Notes under the pieces: generated by a model
Database searches by the model: none
What the model saw: the letters and a program-made list of their open reading frames with translations, nothing else
Told to the model about the DNA's origin: nothing
From: an uncultured delta proteobacterium
GTDB lineage: Bacteria > Myxococcota > Myxococcia > Myxococcales > Anaeromyxobacteraceae
Direction: 5' to 3'
Assembly: GCA_963814585.1 (NCBI GenBank)
Contig: CAWFDF010000008.1
Location: 512,001-576,000 of the forward strand
DNA length: 64,000 bases
Translations under genes and position numbers: made by a program
Part shown: one piece after another, positions 10,101 through 20,865 of the stretch
Layout of the letters: every line of letters starts with the position of its first letter
How positions within the stretch are numbered: the first letter of the stretch is position 1

Positions 10101-10129
10101 AAGGCCTCGCGGCGGACGATCTTGTACAT
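7113..10129 (-). CDS. Fused NfnA/SudB-like plus NfnB/GltD-like oxidoreductase with C-terminal zinc ribbons and rubrerythrin-like domain; four apparent frameshifts (~9690, ~9518, ~8655, ~7790)
   Basis: ERIPLTVAD, GPLG, GGGLGVAP, MVDGTGMCGSCRV...CVDGPDF; CIQC..C..GCP and CGRVCPQETQC Fe-S motifs; GSGPAG, GAGNTAMD, GGDIVTG; EKEH diiron motifs; pieces lie in successive frames. Confidence 0.85.
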
Positions 10130-10272
10130 CGGGGACGTACCCTCCGTGTCAATTGGGATTCCAGGCGGCCCGCCGGGAGTACCAACGTGGGACCGACGAG
10201 TCAAGGCCGCCGGGATCGGCGGATTGACCAGTCCGGTCCAGAATCCAGGTGGATGACGGCCCCCTGGCCGGG

Positions 10273-11303
10273 CTAGCCGCCGGCCAGGGCCCGCCCGATC
10301 TCGGCGGCAATCTCGGCGTCGCCCGGCGCGAGCTGCAGGGCGCGCCTCAGGTGGGCCAGCGCGCTGCTGCTCCGCCCGGCCGCCAGCTCCCTCCGGCCGA
10401 GGTCGAAGCTCTCCTGGGCTTCCCGCGAGCGGGCGCGAGCACCTCCCCGCCAGCCCGTCCCGGCCGTCGGGCTCTCCGGGCTGGAGGCCACGGGAGCGGC
10501 CGGAGCCACCGGCACCGGCGGGACCGCTGGAGCGGCCGGCACCGGGAACGGCGCCGGAGCCGGCGGCGTGGGGCCGGGCTTCGCGGCGATCTCCCTCGCC
10601 ACCGCGGGCCGCCGCGGCGTTGCCCGCCACCAGCCTCTCGATGAACGGCGCCGGCTTGACCGCTCGCGGCGCCTCGATGACGAACTCGGCGCCCAGCCCC
10701 GCCATGACCTTCTTCCAGGCCGACGGATGGGCGGAAGCGCCCCGTGAGACGGTCACCACGCCGCGCGCCAGGAGCGAGAAGACGGCCCGCTGCGACGCGC
10801 TCCAGCTGGCGGCCAGCCGGGCACGGAGCGAGGCGATGGTGGTCCCGCCCGCCACGTGGCGCAGCACCTCGATCTCGTCCGGCGTGAAGTCCAGCAGGAA
10901 GGTGGGCGGCGGCGACAGGAAGAGCATGGCGTCGACCGGGAGCCGGTCCGGCACGCGGCGCAGCCCGCTCAAGCCCCGGGTAGGCGGCCACCAGCCGTGC
11001 GAACCAGCGATCGACCGACGGGCGCCCCTCCTCCCCGAAGGCCACGCCGACCCGCCACGGCGGCCGCGAGCTGCCCCAGGCCACCTTCCCCTCCACCTTC
11101 AGCGACCCGGGCACCTTGGGGTTGGCGAAGACCAGCGTCATCGGGAGTCCCCGGGCCACGGCCCCCGGCGCCACCAGCTGGCAACCCAGGGGGCTGATGT
11201 CCTCGGTCTCCGCGCTCCAGGCCGCCTCGGCCGTGCGCACCTGGATCGCGCAGCGTGACGGGGACCGCGGCGCGCGGCGCGGGTTGACGATGTACTCGCT
11301 CAC
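10273..11303 (-). CDS. PilZ-domain protein with C-terminal TPR-like helix; apparent frameshifts at ~10975 and ~10605
   Basis: RRAPR and TEDISPLGC (PilZ RxxxR and DxSxxG); C-terminal ALAHLRRALQLAPGDAEI. Confidence 0.7.
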
Positions 11304-11387
11304 GGCGCCATCGTACCGCGTCGGACACCTCGACGATGAGCCGGCGGCAGGTCCTTCTCGGGCCATGTGCCGCGGTATGGTGACACC

Positions 11388-12561
11388 ATGGAGCAGGACC
11401 CCCGCCAGCCCGAGCCCTGGCAAGACGCCCCGCCACGGCGACCGCCGGCCGCCACCCTCGTGGACGCAGCCCCCGGCGCCACCTCGCCCGTCACGCCTCG
11501 CCGCCCTGGCCGAGGCGCCGGTGGCCGCCGGCCTGGTGGCCGTCAACGTCGCGGTCCTCGTCCTCCTCGGCTGGCGCTTCGACGAGCCGACCAGCAGCGA
11601 GGCGCTCATCGCAGCCGGCGCCCTGGAGCGCGGGCTGATCGCCTCCGGCCAGTGGTGGCGGCTGCTCACCGCCGTCTTCCTCCACATCGGCTGGATCCAC
11701 CTGCTGGCCAACTCGATCTTCGGCTTCGGCTGGTGCCGGATGGTGGAGCGGGTGCTCGGCCACGGCCGCTTCCTCGCCCTCTACCTGGCGGCCGGCGTGG
11801 GCGCTTCGGCGGCGTCGATGGCGACCCACGACGCCGTGGGCGCCGGGGCCTCGGGCGCCCTCTTCGGGATGATCGGCGCCACGCTGGTGATCGACCGGCG
11901 CCTGCTGCCAGGCTGGGTGGCGTTCCTGCGCAGCCCGTCGACCCTCAGCGTCGCCGTGCAGCTCGGCGTCTGGACCGTGCTGGCGCTGTCCGCCAACCTC
12001 CCCATCGACCACGCCGCCCACTTCGGCGGGCTGGTCACCGGCGCGGGAGCCACCTGGATCATGACCCGCCCCTTCCCGCGCCGGGCGGTGGCCTGGATTC
12101 CCTTCGCGCTCCCCCTCGCCCTGGTGCTGGCCGCCGCCGTCTGGCCTCGCCCCGGCCTCTCCCGATACGGCGCCGACGAGGCGATCCAGGCCGCGCTGGC
12201 GGCGCTCGAGCGCGAGGACGTGGACGCCGCCGAGCGCGAGCTGCGGCGGCTCGACGCGGCCGGAGTCCAGGCCGACCAGGTGGAGCTGATCCGGGCGGTG
12301 GTGGCGGTCGGACGCGACGATCTCCCGGCCGCCGCGCGCATCGGGGAGCGGCTGCTGCGCGAGACGGCCATCGCGCCGATCCGGTCCGCCGCCCGGTCGG
12401 TGCTGGCCAACGTCGGGTATCGCTACTACCGGGGCCAGGGCGTCCCGGCCGACGCCGAGCGAGGCTACCGCTACATCCTCGAGGCCTGCCAGGCGGGACT
12501 CGAGGAGGCCTGCCGGGCGGAGAGGGCGATCCGGACCGCGGACTCGCCAGAGCCGCCCTGA
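11388..12561 (+). CDS. Rhomboid family intramembrane serine protease with C-terminal TPR/Sel1-like repeat; start uncertain (ATG 11388 with a frameshift, or in-frame ATG 11377)
   Basis: WWRLLTAVFLHIGWIHLLAN, GASGALFG, HFGG catalytic motifs; YYRGQGVPAD Sel1-like. Confidence 0.85.
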
Positions 12562-12690
12562 CGGCGCCGCTCACCGGGCCCGATCCCTGCTGCCGTTCCC
12601 GGCGCGTCCTGCCTCGCGGTCGTCAATGACCGCTGACGCCGGGAGCCACCCGCTTTGTTGCCCGGGCCTGGACCGGCCGGTAGATTTCCC

Positions 12691-13065
12691 GTGGTGTCGA
12701 CCCGCCCGCACATCCTCGTCGTCGACGACGACGTCGCCTTGCTGGAGAACATCTCCGAGTGCCTCCTCGGCGAGGGGTTCGAGGTGTCGGTGGCGCGTGA
12801 CGCGGCCGGCGCGCTGGCCCGGCTGGCCTCGTTGCCGCTCCCGGCGGTGGTGATCGTCGATCAGTTCATGCCCGGGATGACCGGCACGGAACTGGTGGCC
12901 CGCATCCGGCGTGAGCCCAGCATGGCGGGCGTCCGGCTGGTGCTCGTCTCCGGCCTGCTCCCGACCCGCGGCCCGGCGGGCGCCGATGCCGACGCCGTGC
13001 TGGAGAAGCCGTTCGGCGTCGAGGAGCTGATCGGGGCGGTGCGCGCCCAGCTGGCGGCGGCCTGA
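12691..13065 (+). CDS. Single-domain response regulator (receiver)
   Basis: ILVVDDD, VDQFMPGMTG, LEKPF. Confidence 0.9.
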   Translation: MVSTRPHILVVDDDVALLENISECLLGEGFEVSVARDAAGALARLASLPLPAVVIVDQFMPGMTGTELVARIRREPSMAGVRLVLVSGLLPTRGPAGADADAVLEKPFGVEELIGAVRAQLAAA

Positions 13066-13108
13066 AGATCGGCCCGGAGCGCCGATCGGCGCCAGCCGGC
13101 CACCGCGG

Positions 13109-15473
13109 CTACGGCGCGGGCCCGCGCGGCCGCCGACGCAGCGCCTGGGCCTCGTCGGCCTTCCCCTGCCGCAGGTAGACCTCCAGCAGCAGGCCGTCGG
13201 TCTCCGGGTAGGCCGGATGGGCCTGCCGCAGCGCCTCCAGCGTCCGCTCGGCGCCGGCCAGGTCGCCGGAGCGCGACTGGTAGAAGGCCAGCGTCCAGGC
13301 GTACCGCGGCTCCTCGGGACGCAGCGCGGCAGCCCGCTGCGACAGCGAGAGCGCCTCGGGAAGTCGCCGCTGAGCCACCAGCACCGCCAGGTTGAAGGCG
13401 GCGGCGGCCAGGTCCGGGTCGGCGGCCAGCGCCTCACGCAGCGCCCGCTCCGCCTCGTCAGGCTTGCCCGCCTCGGCCAGCAGCAGCCCGAGGTTGAAGG
13501 CGAGGCCGGCCTGCCGGGGCTGAGCGGCGTGGGCCTCCCGGAGCAGCTTCTCGGCCTCGTCGAGGCGTCCTCGGGCGGCCAGCAGCATCGCCAGGTTGGC
13601 CTTGGCCATGAAGAGCTGGTCGTCGATGGCGAGCGCTCGCCGGTACTGCACCTCCGCGTCGGCCGGGCGGGAGAGCGTGGTGTAGAGGTTGCCGAGGTTG
13701 TAAGGACCCGAGGGCAGGTCGGACATGTAGCGCTGCGCGGCGACGTACTCGTCGAGTGCCGCGGCGTGCGCCGTGCGCTGGGGCCCGGTGAGCAGCAGCG
13801 CCGGCGGGCCGGCCAGCCGGGCCGCGGCCTCGGCGCGGACGGCGCGGACCGGGTCCTGCAGCAGCGGCGCCAGCAGCCGCGCCAGGACGGCCGGATCCGT
13901 GACCGGCAGCCGCTGCGCCGCCGTGACCCGCACCAGCGGCTCGCCGTCTGCGAGCGCCTTCTCCAGCGCCGCCCGGCTCCCCTCGCCCCGGTAGCCGCCC
14001 AGCAGCTCGACGGCGGTGGCGCGCGCCACCATGGGCCGGAGCTGGTCTCCCGCCAGCTGGACCAGCGCCAGCTCGGCCCCGGGCGACCCCGTGCGTCCCT
14101 CGGCGAGGACCGTCCCGTAGTGCGGCTTGCGCTGCTGGCCATACCAGCCGTCGTAGCGGGCCTGCACCCAGGACGCCGGCTTGCCGGCGTGGCACCCGGA
14201 GGCGGCGCAGGCGTTCGGGACGCCCAGCGAGGTGGTCAGGTCGGGTCGCGGCACGCGCATGGAGTGGTCGCGCCGGAAGTGGACCACCATGAAGTCCTTC
14301 CCCGGCATGTGGCAGGAGACGCAGCGCCACGCCGGCGCTGGGCTTTCCCTGCCAGGTGGCCTTGTGGAAGTGGTGCGATGGCGCATCGTAGGTGTCGGGC
14401 CGGTGGCAGCGGGTGCAGAGGTCGTTCCCCTCCTTGAGCCGCTTGCCGGAGTGGACGTCGTGGCAGTCGCTGCATCGCACGCCGCTGGCGAACATCTTGC
14501 TCTGCGTGAAGGCGTGCCACTCGAAGTCCTCGTCGAGGATCTGGCCGTCGGGGTGGAAGGTGCCCGGGGTGAGCAGGGTGGGCAGGTAGCGGTCGAGCAG
14601 CTCGCCGCCCGGCGTCCCCTGGTCGGCGAACTGGGCCCGCCGTGCGTGGCAGGGGGCGCAGAGCCCGACCAGTTCCCCGCCGGCCAGCCTCGAGGTGCGG
14701 GTGACCAGCGCGGCGTTCTCCACGGCGGGCCGCCCCATCGCCGGCTGGTCGGCCCAGGCCACGTGACGCGAGCCGGGGCCGTGGCAGGCCTCGCAGCCGA
14801 CCATGATCTCCGACCAGGTGGTCTGGTACTCGTCCTTCTCCGGGTCGTAGCGCTTGCGCACCGCGGTGGAGTGGCAGTCGGCGCACATGGCGTTCCAGCC
14901 CTGCCCGGCGCGGGTCCAGTGGAGCCAGTCGCCGGGCGGTGCGTCGGGGCCGGGGTTGACGTAGAACCAGCGCCTCGCGGTGGTGTCCCAGGCCGCCGAG
15001 AGGCACTGCAGCCGCCCGCCGGGGAAGGCCACCAGGTACTGCTGCAGCGGGGCGACGCCGAAGGTGTAGGCCACCTCGTAGTCGTGCAGCGCGCCGTCCG
15101 GCCCCTCGGCGTTGACCATGAACTTCTCGCCCAGGCGGAAGAAGCGCCAGGTCTTGCCGCGGTGCCTGAAGGATGCACCGCCGAAGTCGCCGAGCACCGT
15201 GGCGTCGCGGGCTGCCTGCATGGCCTGGGCGTGGTGCGAGCCCTTCCACCCGTCGTAGGCCTTCTGGTGGCAGGCCCTGCAGCGTTCGCTGCCGACGTAC
15301 TGCGGCTCACCGGGCGGCGCGGTGCGCGGGCCGCGGGCGGCGTGGACCGCCAGGTGGATCGGGATGGAGAGGGCGATGGCCGCGGTGGCGACCAGGCCGG
15401 CGGCGCGCCAGCGGCGCAGCGACTGGCCGGGGCCGTTGCCGTCCGGGGCGGAGGTGGAGGGAGGTGTCGCCAT
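13109..15473 (-). CDS. Multiheme c-type cytochrome (7 CxxCH plus 1 CxxxxCH) with HEAT and TPR repeats; apparent frameshift at ~14330
   Basis: YVGSERCRACH, CADCH, CEACHGPG, CAPCH, CSDCH, CTRCH, then CVSCHMP and CAASGCH in the next frame, followed by TPRs. Confidence 0.85.
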
Positions 15474-15479
15474 GGCTCG

Positions 15480-15992
15480 CTAGAGGTAGGTCACCTGCGA
15501 CGGCTCGAAGCGGCTGCGCTCGATGCGGCGGGCGGTGTCCACCTTGACGATGCCCCCCTCGATGACCACCGGGAAGAGGTCGAGGGCGCGCGGCGCCGGT
15601 GGAGAGAGCACCTCACCGCGCAGGTCGAAGGTCGAGGCGTGGCATGGGCAGGGGAAGGTCCTGGCCTGCTCGTTCCACGGCACGGTGCAGCCGAGGTGCG
15701 TGCACTTCGAGGACAGGGCGAGGAAGCCGCCGTCGGCGAGCCGCACCAGGTAGAACCTGCCGGCCGGGAAGGGACGGACCGAGGCCGGCGTGAACTCGGC
15801 CACCGGCCCGGCCACCACCAGCGCGGCGGCGCGGCCGGCCCCCTCCTTGCGCGGGGCGAGGAAGGCGGCCGCCACCCAGGCCAGCTCGAGTCCGGCCAGG
15901 ATGCCGAGCCCCTTCCAGAGCCGGCCGACGAAGGCGCGCCGCTCCGGCGAGGGGGGCGGCGGCTGCGGTGCAACGGGCGGCCGGTGGTCCAT
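15480..15992 (-). CDS. Rieske 2Fe-2S protein (QcrA/PetC-like)
   Basis: Tat-like ERRAFV; CTHLGC and CPCHAS..D motifs; PAPRAL. Confidence 0.92.
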   Translation of the reverse strand: MDHRPPVAPQPPPPSPERRAFVGRLWKGLGILAGLELAWVAAAFLAPRKEGAGRAAALVVAGPVAEFTPASVRPFPAGRFYLVRLADGGFLALSSKCTHLGCTVPWNEQARTFPCPCHASTFDLRGEVLSPPAPRALDLFPVVIEGGIVKVDTARRIERSRFEPSQVTYL

Positions 15993-17306
15993 CACTCGAG
16001 CTCCGTCGGGGGCGAGGCCCAGGGCATGGTGAGCGCCATCCCCTGGCCGCGGAAGAGGATGCCGGCCAGGGTGAGGACGACGAGGGCGGCCAGCAGGAAG
16101 GTGAAGGCCGCCTGGACGGCCTCCTGCCGCGAGCCGCCGCGGCGACGGGACAGCCAGGCGACGGCGGCCACCAGGCCGGCGGCGACGAGCGCCGGGAGCA
16201 GGCCGCCGCGAACGGCCGGCGCCAGCTGCGGGAACCAGGGCGGCGCGCGGCGCAGCGGCTCGTCGGCCAGGATCGCGAGCGCGGTGAGCAGCGCCCCGGC
16301 GATGGCGGCGACCAGCGCGCTGCGAGCGCCGCGCCGCGATCCGAACCAGCGCCCGGCCGGAGCCGCGCGGCCGCCGAGCGTACGGCAGCGCCACCAGCAG
16401 ACCCAGCGTCGCCGCCGGCAGCACCACGGCGGCGAAGAGCGGGTGGAGGTGGACCAGCAGCTCCTGCAGCCCCATGAAGTACCAGGGGGCCTTGGCCGGG
16501 TTGGGGCTCAGCCCTGGGTTGGCCTGGGCCAGCAGCGGCGCGTCGGCGACCGCCGAGAGCAGCAGCACGGCCGCCGCCACCACCAGCGCCGCCACTCCCT
16601 CGCGCTGCGTCAGCCCCGGCGAGGTCGGGACCAGCGGGCCGCGCGGCGCGGCGGGGTCGCCCACGTCGTCCGGGAGGACCACGCCGCCGCTCTTCCGCAC
16701 CAGCCAGAAGTGGAAGGCGAGGAGCAGGAGCGTGGCGATGGGCAGGACCGCCACGTGGAGCACGAAGAAGCGGGCCAGCGTGGCCGGCCCGATCTCGGCG
16801 CCGCCCCGCGCCGCCCGGAGCAGCAGGTCACCGGCGAGCGGCACGTACTGCAGCATCCCGGTCGAGATGGTGACCGCCCAGTAGGCGAGCTGGTCCCACG
16901 GCAACAGGTAGCCGGTGAAGGCGCTGGCGACCGTGAGCAGCAGCAGCGCCACCCCGACCCACCAGTTCCCGCGCCTTGGCGGCAGGTGGCCGCCCCGGTA
17001 GAAGACCCGCAGCAGGTGGAGGAGGGCGACCAGCACCAGGCCGTTGGCCGACCAGTGATGGGCGTTGCGGACGAAGGCGCCGAAGCGGACCTCGTCGACC
17101 AGCGCGGTGACCGTCCCCCAGGCCCGCTCCGGCGACGGCTCGTAGGAGACCAGCAGCAGCGTCCCGGTCACCGCCAGCAGCAGGAAGAGCACCAGCGCCG
17201 CGCCGCCCAGCCCGAGGGTGCGCGAGAAGCGCAGCGACTCGGCCGGCACGACACGCGGGTGGAGGTGGAGGATGAGGTTGGAGAAGCCGGAGGGCCGGGG
17301 CGGCAT
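15992..17306 (-). CDS. Cytochrome b of a bc/b6f-type complex (N- and C-terminal parts fused); apparent frameshift at ~16360
   Basis: RNAHHWSAN, HLLRVF, FTGYLLPWDQLAYWA, RFFVLHV, NPAKAPWYF; C-terminal LFRGQGMALTMPW in a shifted frame ending TGA at 15994-15992. Confidence 0.88.
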
Positions 17307-17347
17307 GGACGGCCGGATTCTACCCCCGGGCGAAGGGCGTCGGGCGT

Positions 17348-18045
17348 TCACTTCCGCTCGGGCGGGTAGACCACCTTCCAGTCGGCCTTCATGCTCACCA
17401 CCGTCCAGCCCTTCGCCCTGGCCTCGTCGAGCCCCTTGTCGAGCCGGCCGACGGGCGAGGTGCGGTCGTAGGCCACCTCGCGCGCGGCGTCGTCGTGGCG
17501 GACGTAGAGGCAGAGGCGCGGACCGGCGCCGGCCGCGGTCCACTGCAGCATCTGCAGGTCGCCGTCGGAGTTGCCGAAGGCGGCGATGGGGCGTCGGCCG
17601 ACGTGGCGCTGGATGCCGATGGGCTTGCCGGCCTGGTCGTCGACGAAGTCGACCTCGGGCAGCCGCGGGTTGTCCACCAGCGAACCGGGGCGCTCGTCGC
17701 GGCCGCGTCGAACCGCGGTACTAGCGCGCTGACGCCGCTGCCGATCACCTGGCCCGGGCGGCGGACGCCGTGCGGAGACCGGACTCGGCCCGAGGGCCGC
17801 ATGAACCCGTTGGCGGTGAGGCTCGACGTCGCCGCCGGAGACGGATGAAGGCGTCGGTGAGAGGTTGGCCAGCGGCGTCCCGGCGGGATGTCGTTGAAGC
17901 CGTTGGCGCAGGTACGCGAGCATCTCCAGCTGGCTGGTAGACCGATCCCGGTGTAGGCGAGCCGCCTCGTCACCGGGTGCCTGGCCGTGTCGATCTCGCC
18001 AGTCGCGGACGATGGCGTCGAGCTCCCGTCGGTGGTGATGCCGAA
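17348..18045 (-). pseudogene. HAD-family hydrolase with intact C-terminus and garbled, truncated N-terminus
   Basis: RRPIAAFGNSDGDLQMLQWT...HDDAAREVAYD...GWTVVSMKADWKVVYP; upstream GITTD, TARHPVT and MLAYLR fragments in shifting frames. Confidence 0.75.
17362..17659. repeat. Direct repeat copy 1 (3' end of HAD gene), homologous to 21824-22122
   Basis: Manual alignment shows long shared blocks, e.g. CCAGCCCTTCGCCCTGGCCTCGTCGAGCCCCT and GGAGTTGCCGAAGGCGGCGATGGGGCG. Confidence 0.9.
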
Positions 18046-18069
18046 CTCACCGCGCCTTGCCGTCCGGCC

Positions 18070-18975
18070 AGACCAGCTCGACCGAGTCGCTCCTTCGGTC
18101 GGACACGGCGTCCGGCCATCGGCCAGGATCGGCCTCCTTGAGCCGGTGAGGCTGTGCCCTCCGTCACCACTCGATGCCCGGCACGGCCGGGGCCAGCGCA
18201 CGTCGTCGCGGTCGTGAGCGCCCTTCCTTCCCCTTCACCACGCCGCCGTGGCTCGAGGGCGATGACGACATCCACCTTCTCCGTCTCCGGAGGAGCTGCA
18301 CCATGCGCCCTGGCCGCCTCGAGGCGTGGTGAACTTCGCCGCCGGTGTAGTAGGCAGGCCTCGGCGCCGCAGCAGCCCGAGAGGCCGAAGCGGAGGCCCC
18401 GCGCTCGATCACGCGTGCCGACGGACCAGGCCGCTGCTCGGCCAGGCGTCCGCAGCCTGGCCAGCATCGGGTCGCCCGCCCGCGAGGTCGAGGTTGGAGG
18501 CGACGCACCGACCGGGATGCGGCCGGCCTTGGCGGCCACGTCGATCGCCGCGCCGAGGCCGTCGGGCCCGAGGTCGAACTCGTGGTTGCCGAAGGTGGTG
18601 GCGTCGTAGCCCATGCGGGCCATGAGGCGCAGCTCGGCGCCCAGCTCGCGGCTGGCGGCGCCGAAGGGCGTCCCCATGCTGTAGTCGCCGGCGTCGAGCA
18701 CCAGCATCGGCCCCTGCTCCTGCCGCGCCGTCCTGGCGCGTGGCGATCCGAGCGCGGCGAGGCGTGCGTACCCGCCGCGGGTCTGGTCGTCGCCGATCGT
18801 GACATGGGCGTGTAGTCCGACGACGGGCCCAGGCCGATCAGGCTGGAGTGCATGTCGTTGGTGTGCAGGATGGTGAAGGTCCGCTTGCCGGCGGGCGCAG
18901 CGGCCCGCGGCGGGCAGGGGACCGTCGCGCCGACCGCGGCCGCGGTCACCAGGACTGCGACGGAGGGTCTGCCAT
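18070..18975 (-). pseudogene. Bifunctional metallophosphatase/5'-nucleotidase, N-terminal domain only, multiply frameshifted
   Basis: FTILHTNDMHS, GGYARLA, LVLDAGDYSMGTPF, MGYDATTFGNHEFD, KVDVVIAL motifs in different frames. Confidence 0.75.
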
Positions 18976-19101
18976 CGCGGCGGGCGGGCTTCTTCTCGTC
19001 TCCACGCAGGCGTGATCTGTGGCGCGGCTGGGGCCTGGTGAAGGCGGCGGGCCTTCCTCGATGGGAACGACCCGCCGCCCACTGAGGCTCGGAGCCGGTG
19101 G

Positions 19102-20694
19102 CTATTTCTGGGTCTGCTGCAGCTGCTCCATCACCTTGTCGAGGTTGAAGGAGGCGGCCTTCTGCCGCTGCGGGTACTCCTTGAACGTCATGAGGAACTC
19201 ACCCACGTAGGCCTGGACCGGCACCAGTTGGAAGGCGTGGTCGAGCAACCAGTCGTAGTAGGTGTTGGAGGTGACGTCGGCGTGCTCGTAGGGGTCGGTG
19301 CGGAGGTTGAAGATCTTGGGGATGCGCAGGCTGACCAGCGGCTCGGACCAGATGCGCAGCGTCCCCTCGACCCGTTGCTCCATGAAGACGAACTTCCAGT
19401 TGTCGTAGCGCAGCCCGGTCACCTGCTGGTCGTCGTCGACGTAGAGGAACGACTCGCGCGGGCTCTTGGCCACCTTTCCGGCCAGGTAGGGCACCAGGTC
19501 GAAGCCGTCGAGGTGGACCTTGTAGGTCGTGTCGCCGACCTTGTGGCCCTTGAGCAGCTTCCCGGTCACCTGCGCGTCGCCGGCCATGGAGAGGAGCGTC
19601 GGCAGCCAGTCCTGGTGGGAGATGACCTCGTTGGAGATGCTGCCCGCCTTGATCTTGCCCGGCCAGCGGACCAGGGCCGGCACCCGGTAGGCCCCCTCCC
19701 AGTTGGAGTTCTTCTCGTTGCGGAACGGCGTGGTCCCGGCGTCCGGCCAGCTGTTCTGGTGGGGGCCGTTGTCGGTGCTGTACATGACGAAGGTGTTGTC
19801 GGCGATGCCGAGGTCGTCGATGGCCTTGAGGACGGTGCCGACGTTCTTGTCGTGGTCGATCATGGCGTCGTGGTACGGGCTCTGCCAGCGGCCCGACTGG
19901 CCGAGGCTCTCCGGCTTCACGTGGGTGCGGAAGTGCATGTGGGTGAAGTTCACCCAGACGAACATGGGCTTGCCGGCCTTGTGCTGCCGCTTGATGAAGT
20001 CCACGGCACGGTCGGCGGTGACGTCGTCGATGGTCTCCATGCGCTTCCTGGTGAGCGGGCCGGTGTCCTTGCAGACCTGCTTGCCGACCTTGCCGAAGCG
20101 CGGGTCCACGGTCTGGTCGTCGGTGCCCGAGGCCTTGCAGTCCATCACGCCGCGCGGGCCGAACTTGGCGAGGAAGGCCGGGTCCTTCGGGTAGTCGGGC
20201 AGCTCCGGCTCCTCCTCCGCGTTGAGGTGGTAGAGGTTGCCGAAGAACTCGTCGAAGCCATGCACGGTGGGCAGGAACTCGTTGCGGTCGCCCAGGTGGT
20301 TCTTGCCGAACTGGCCAGTGGCATACCCGAGCGGCTTGAGCAACTCGGCGATGGTCGGATCCTGCTTCTGGAGGCCGGTATTGGCGCCCGGCAGGCCCAC
20401 CTTGGTCAGGCCGGTGCGCAGGCCCGACTGCCCGGTGATGAACGAGGCCCGGCCGGCGGTGCAGCTCTGCTCGGCGTAGTAGTCGGTGAAGAGCATGCCC
20501 TCGCGGGCGACGCGGTCGATGTTGGGCGTCTGGTAGCCCATCATGCCGCGCGAGTAGGCGCTGACGTTCGACTGACCGATGTCATCGCCCCAGATGATGA
20601 CGATGTTCGGCTTCTTCTGCTGCGCCCCGGCGGAGGCCGGCAGGCCGAGCCAGGCCATCGAGGCGACGGCCAGGATCTTGAGGTGGACTCTCAT
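19102..20694 (-). CDS. Secreted arylsulfatase (Cys-type formylglycine sulfatase)
   Basis: Signal peptide, KPNIVIIWGDDIG, SCTAGRAS, GKNHLG, STDNG, FNLRTDPYE. Confidence 0.95.
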   Translation of the reverse strand: MRVHLKILAVASMAWLGLPASAGAQQKKPNIVIIWGDDIGQSNVSAYSRGMMGYQTPNIDRVAREGMLFTDYYAEQSCTAGRASFITGQSGLRTGLTKVGLPGANTGLQKQDPTIAELLKPLGYATGQFGKNHLGDRNEFLPTVHGFDEFFGNLYHLNAEEEPELPDYPKDPAFLAKFGPRGVMDCKASGTDDQTVDPRFGKVGKQVCKDTGPLTRKRMETIDDVTADRAVDFIKRQHKAGKPMFVWVNFTHMHFRTHVKPESLGQSGRWQSPYHDAMIDHDKNVGTVLKAIDDLGIADNTFVMYSTDNGPHQNSWPDAGTTPFRNEKNSNWEGAYRVPALVRWPGKIKAGSISNEVISHQDWLPTLLSMAGDAQVTGKLLKGHKVGDTTYKVHLDGFDLVPYLAGKVAKSPRESFLYVDDDQQVTGLRYDNWKFVFMEQRVEGTLRIWSEPLVSLRIPKIFNLRTDPYEHADVTSNTYYDWLLDHAFQLVPVQAYVGEFLMTFKEYPQRQKAASFNLDKVMEQLQQTQK

Positions 20695-20842
20695 CGGTGG
20701 TTCTCCCTGACTCTCGTTGGACAGCTCGGCCCAGTTCTGCGGCCTGGTGCGCCGCGGCGGTCAGCGGGCACCCGCTCGCCCAATTGGGCGGGCGCATCAT
20801 GCCGCTGTGGGATGCCGCCATGAGAACTCTTTTGGGCTTACG

Positions 20843-20857
20843 ATAACCACGGGTTAT
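20843..20857. promoter_or_regulatory. LysR-type binding site (T-N11-A palindrome)
   Basis: ATAACC-ACG-GGTTAT between the divergent sulfatase and LysR genes, just upstream of the LysR ATG. Confidence 0.65.
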
Positions 20858-20865
20858 GTTGGTCC

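Noticed and set aside
7113..16400. Programmed frameshifting or mass pseudogenisation to explain the many frameshifts
   Set aside because: Indels are scattered, lack slippery heptamers, and occur without in-frame stops or motif decay, which fits long-read error better
15480..17543. 687-aa ORF suggesting a cytochrome b-Rieske fusion
   Set aside because: The true cytochrome b C-terminus (LFRGQGM...) is in another frame with its own TGA at 15994-15992; the fusion results from a frameshift at ~16360
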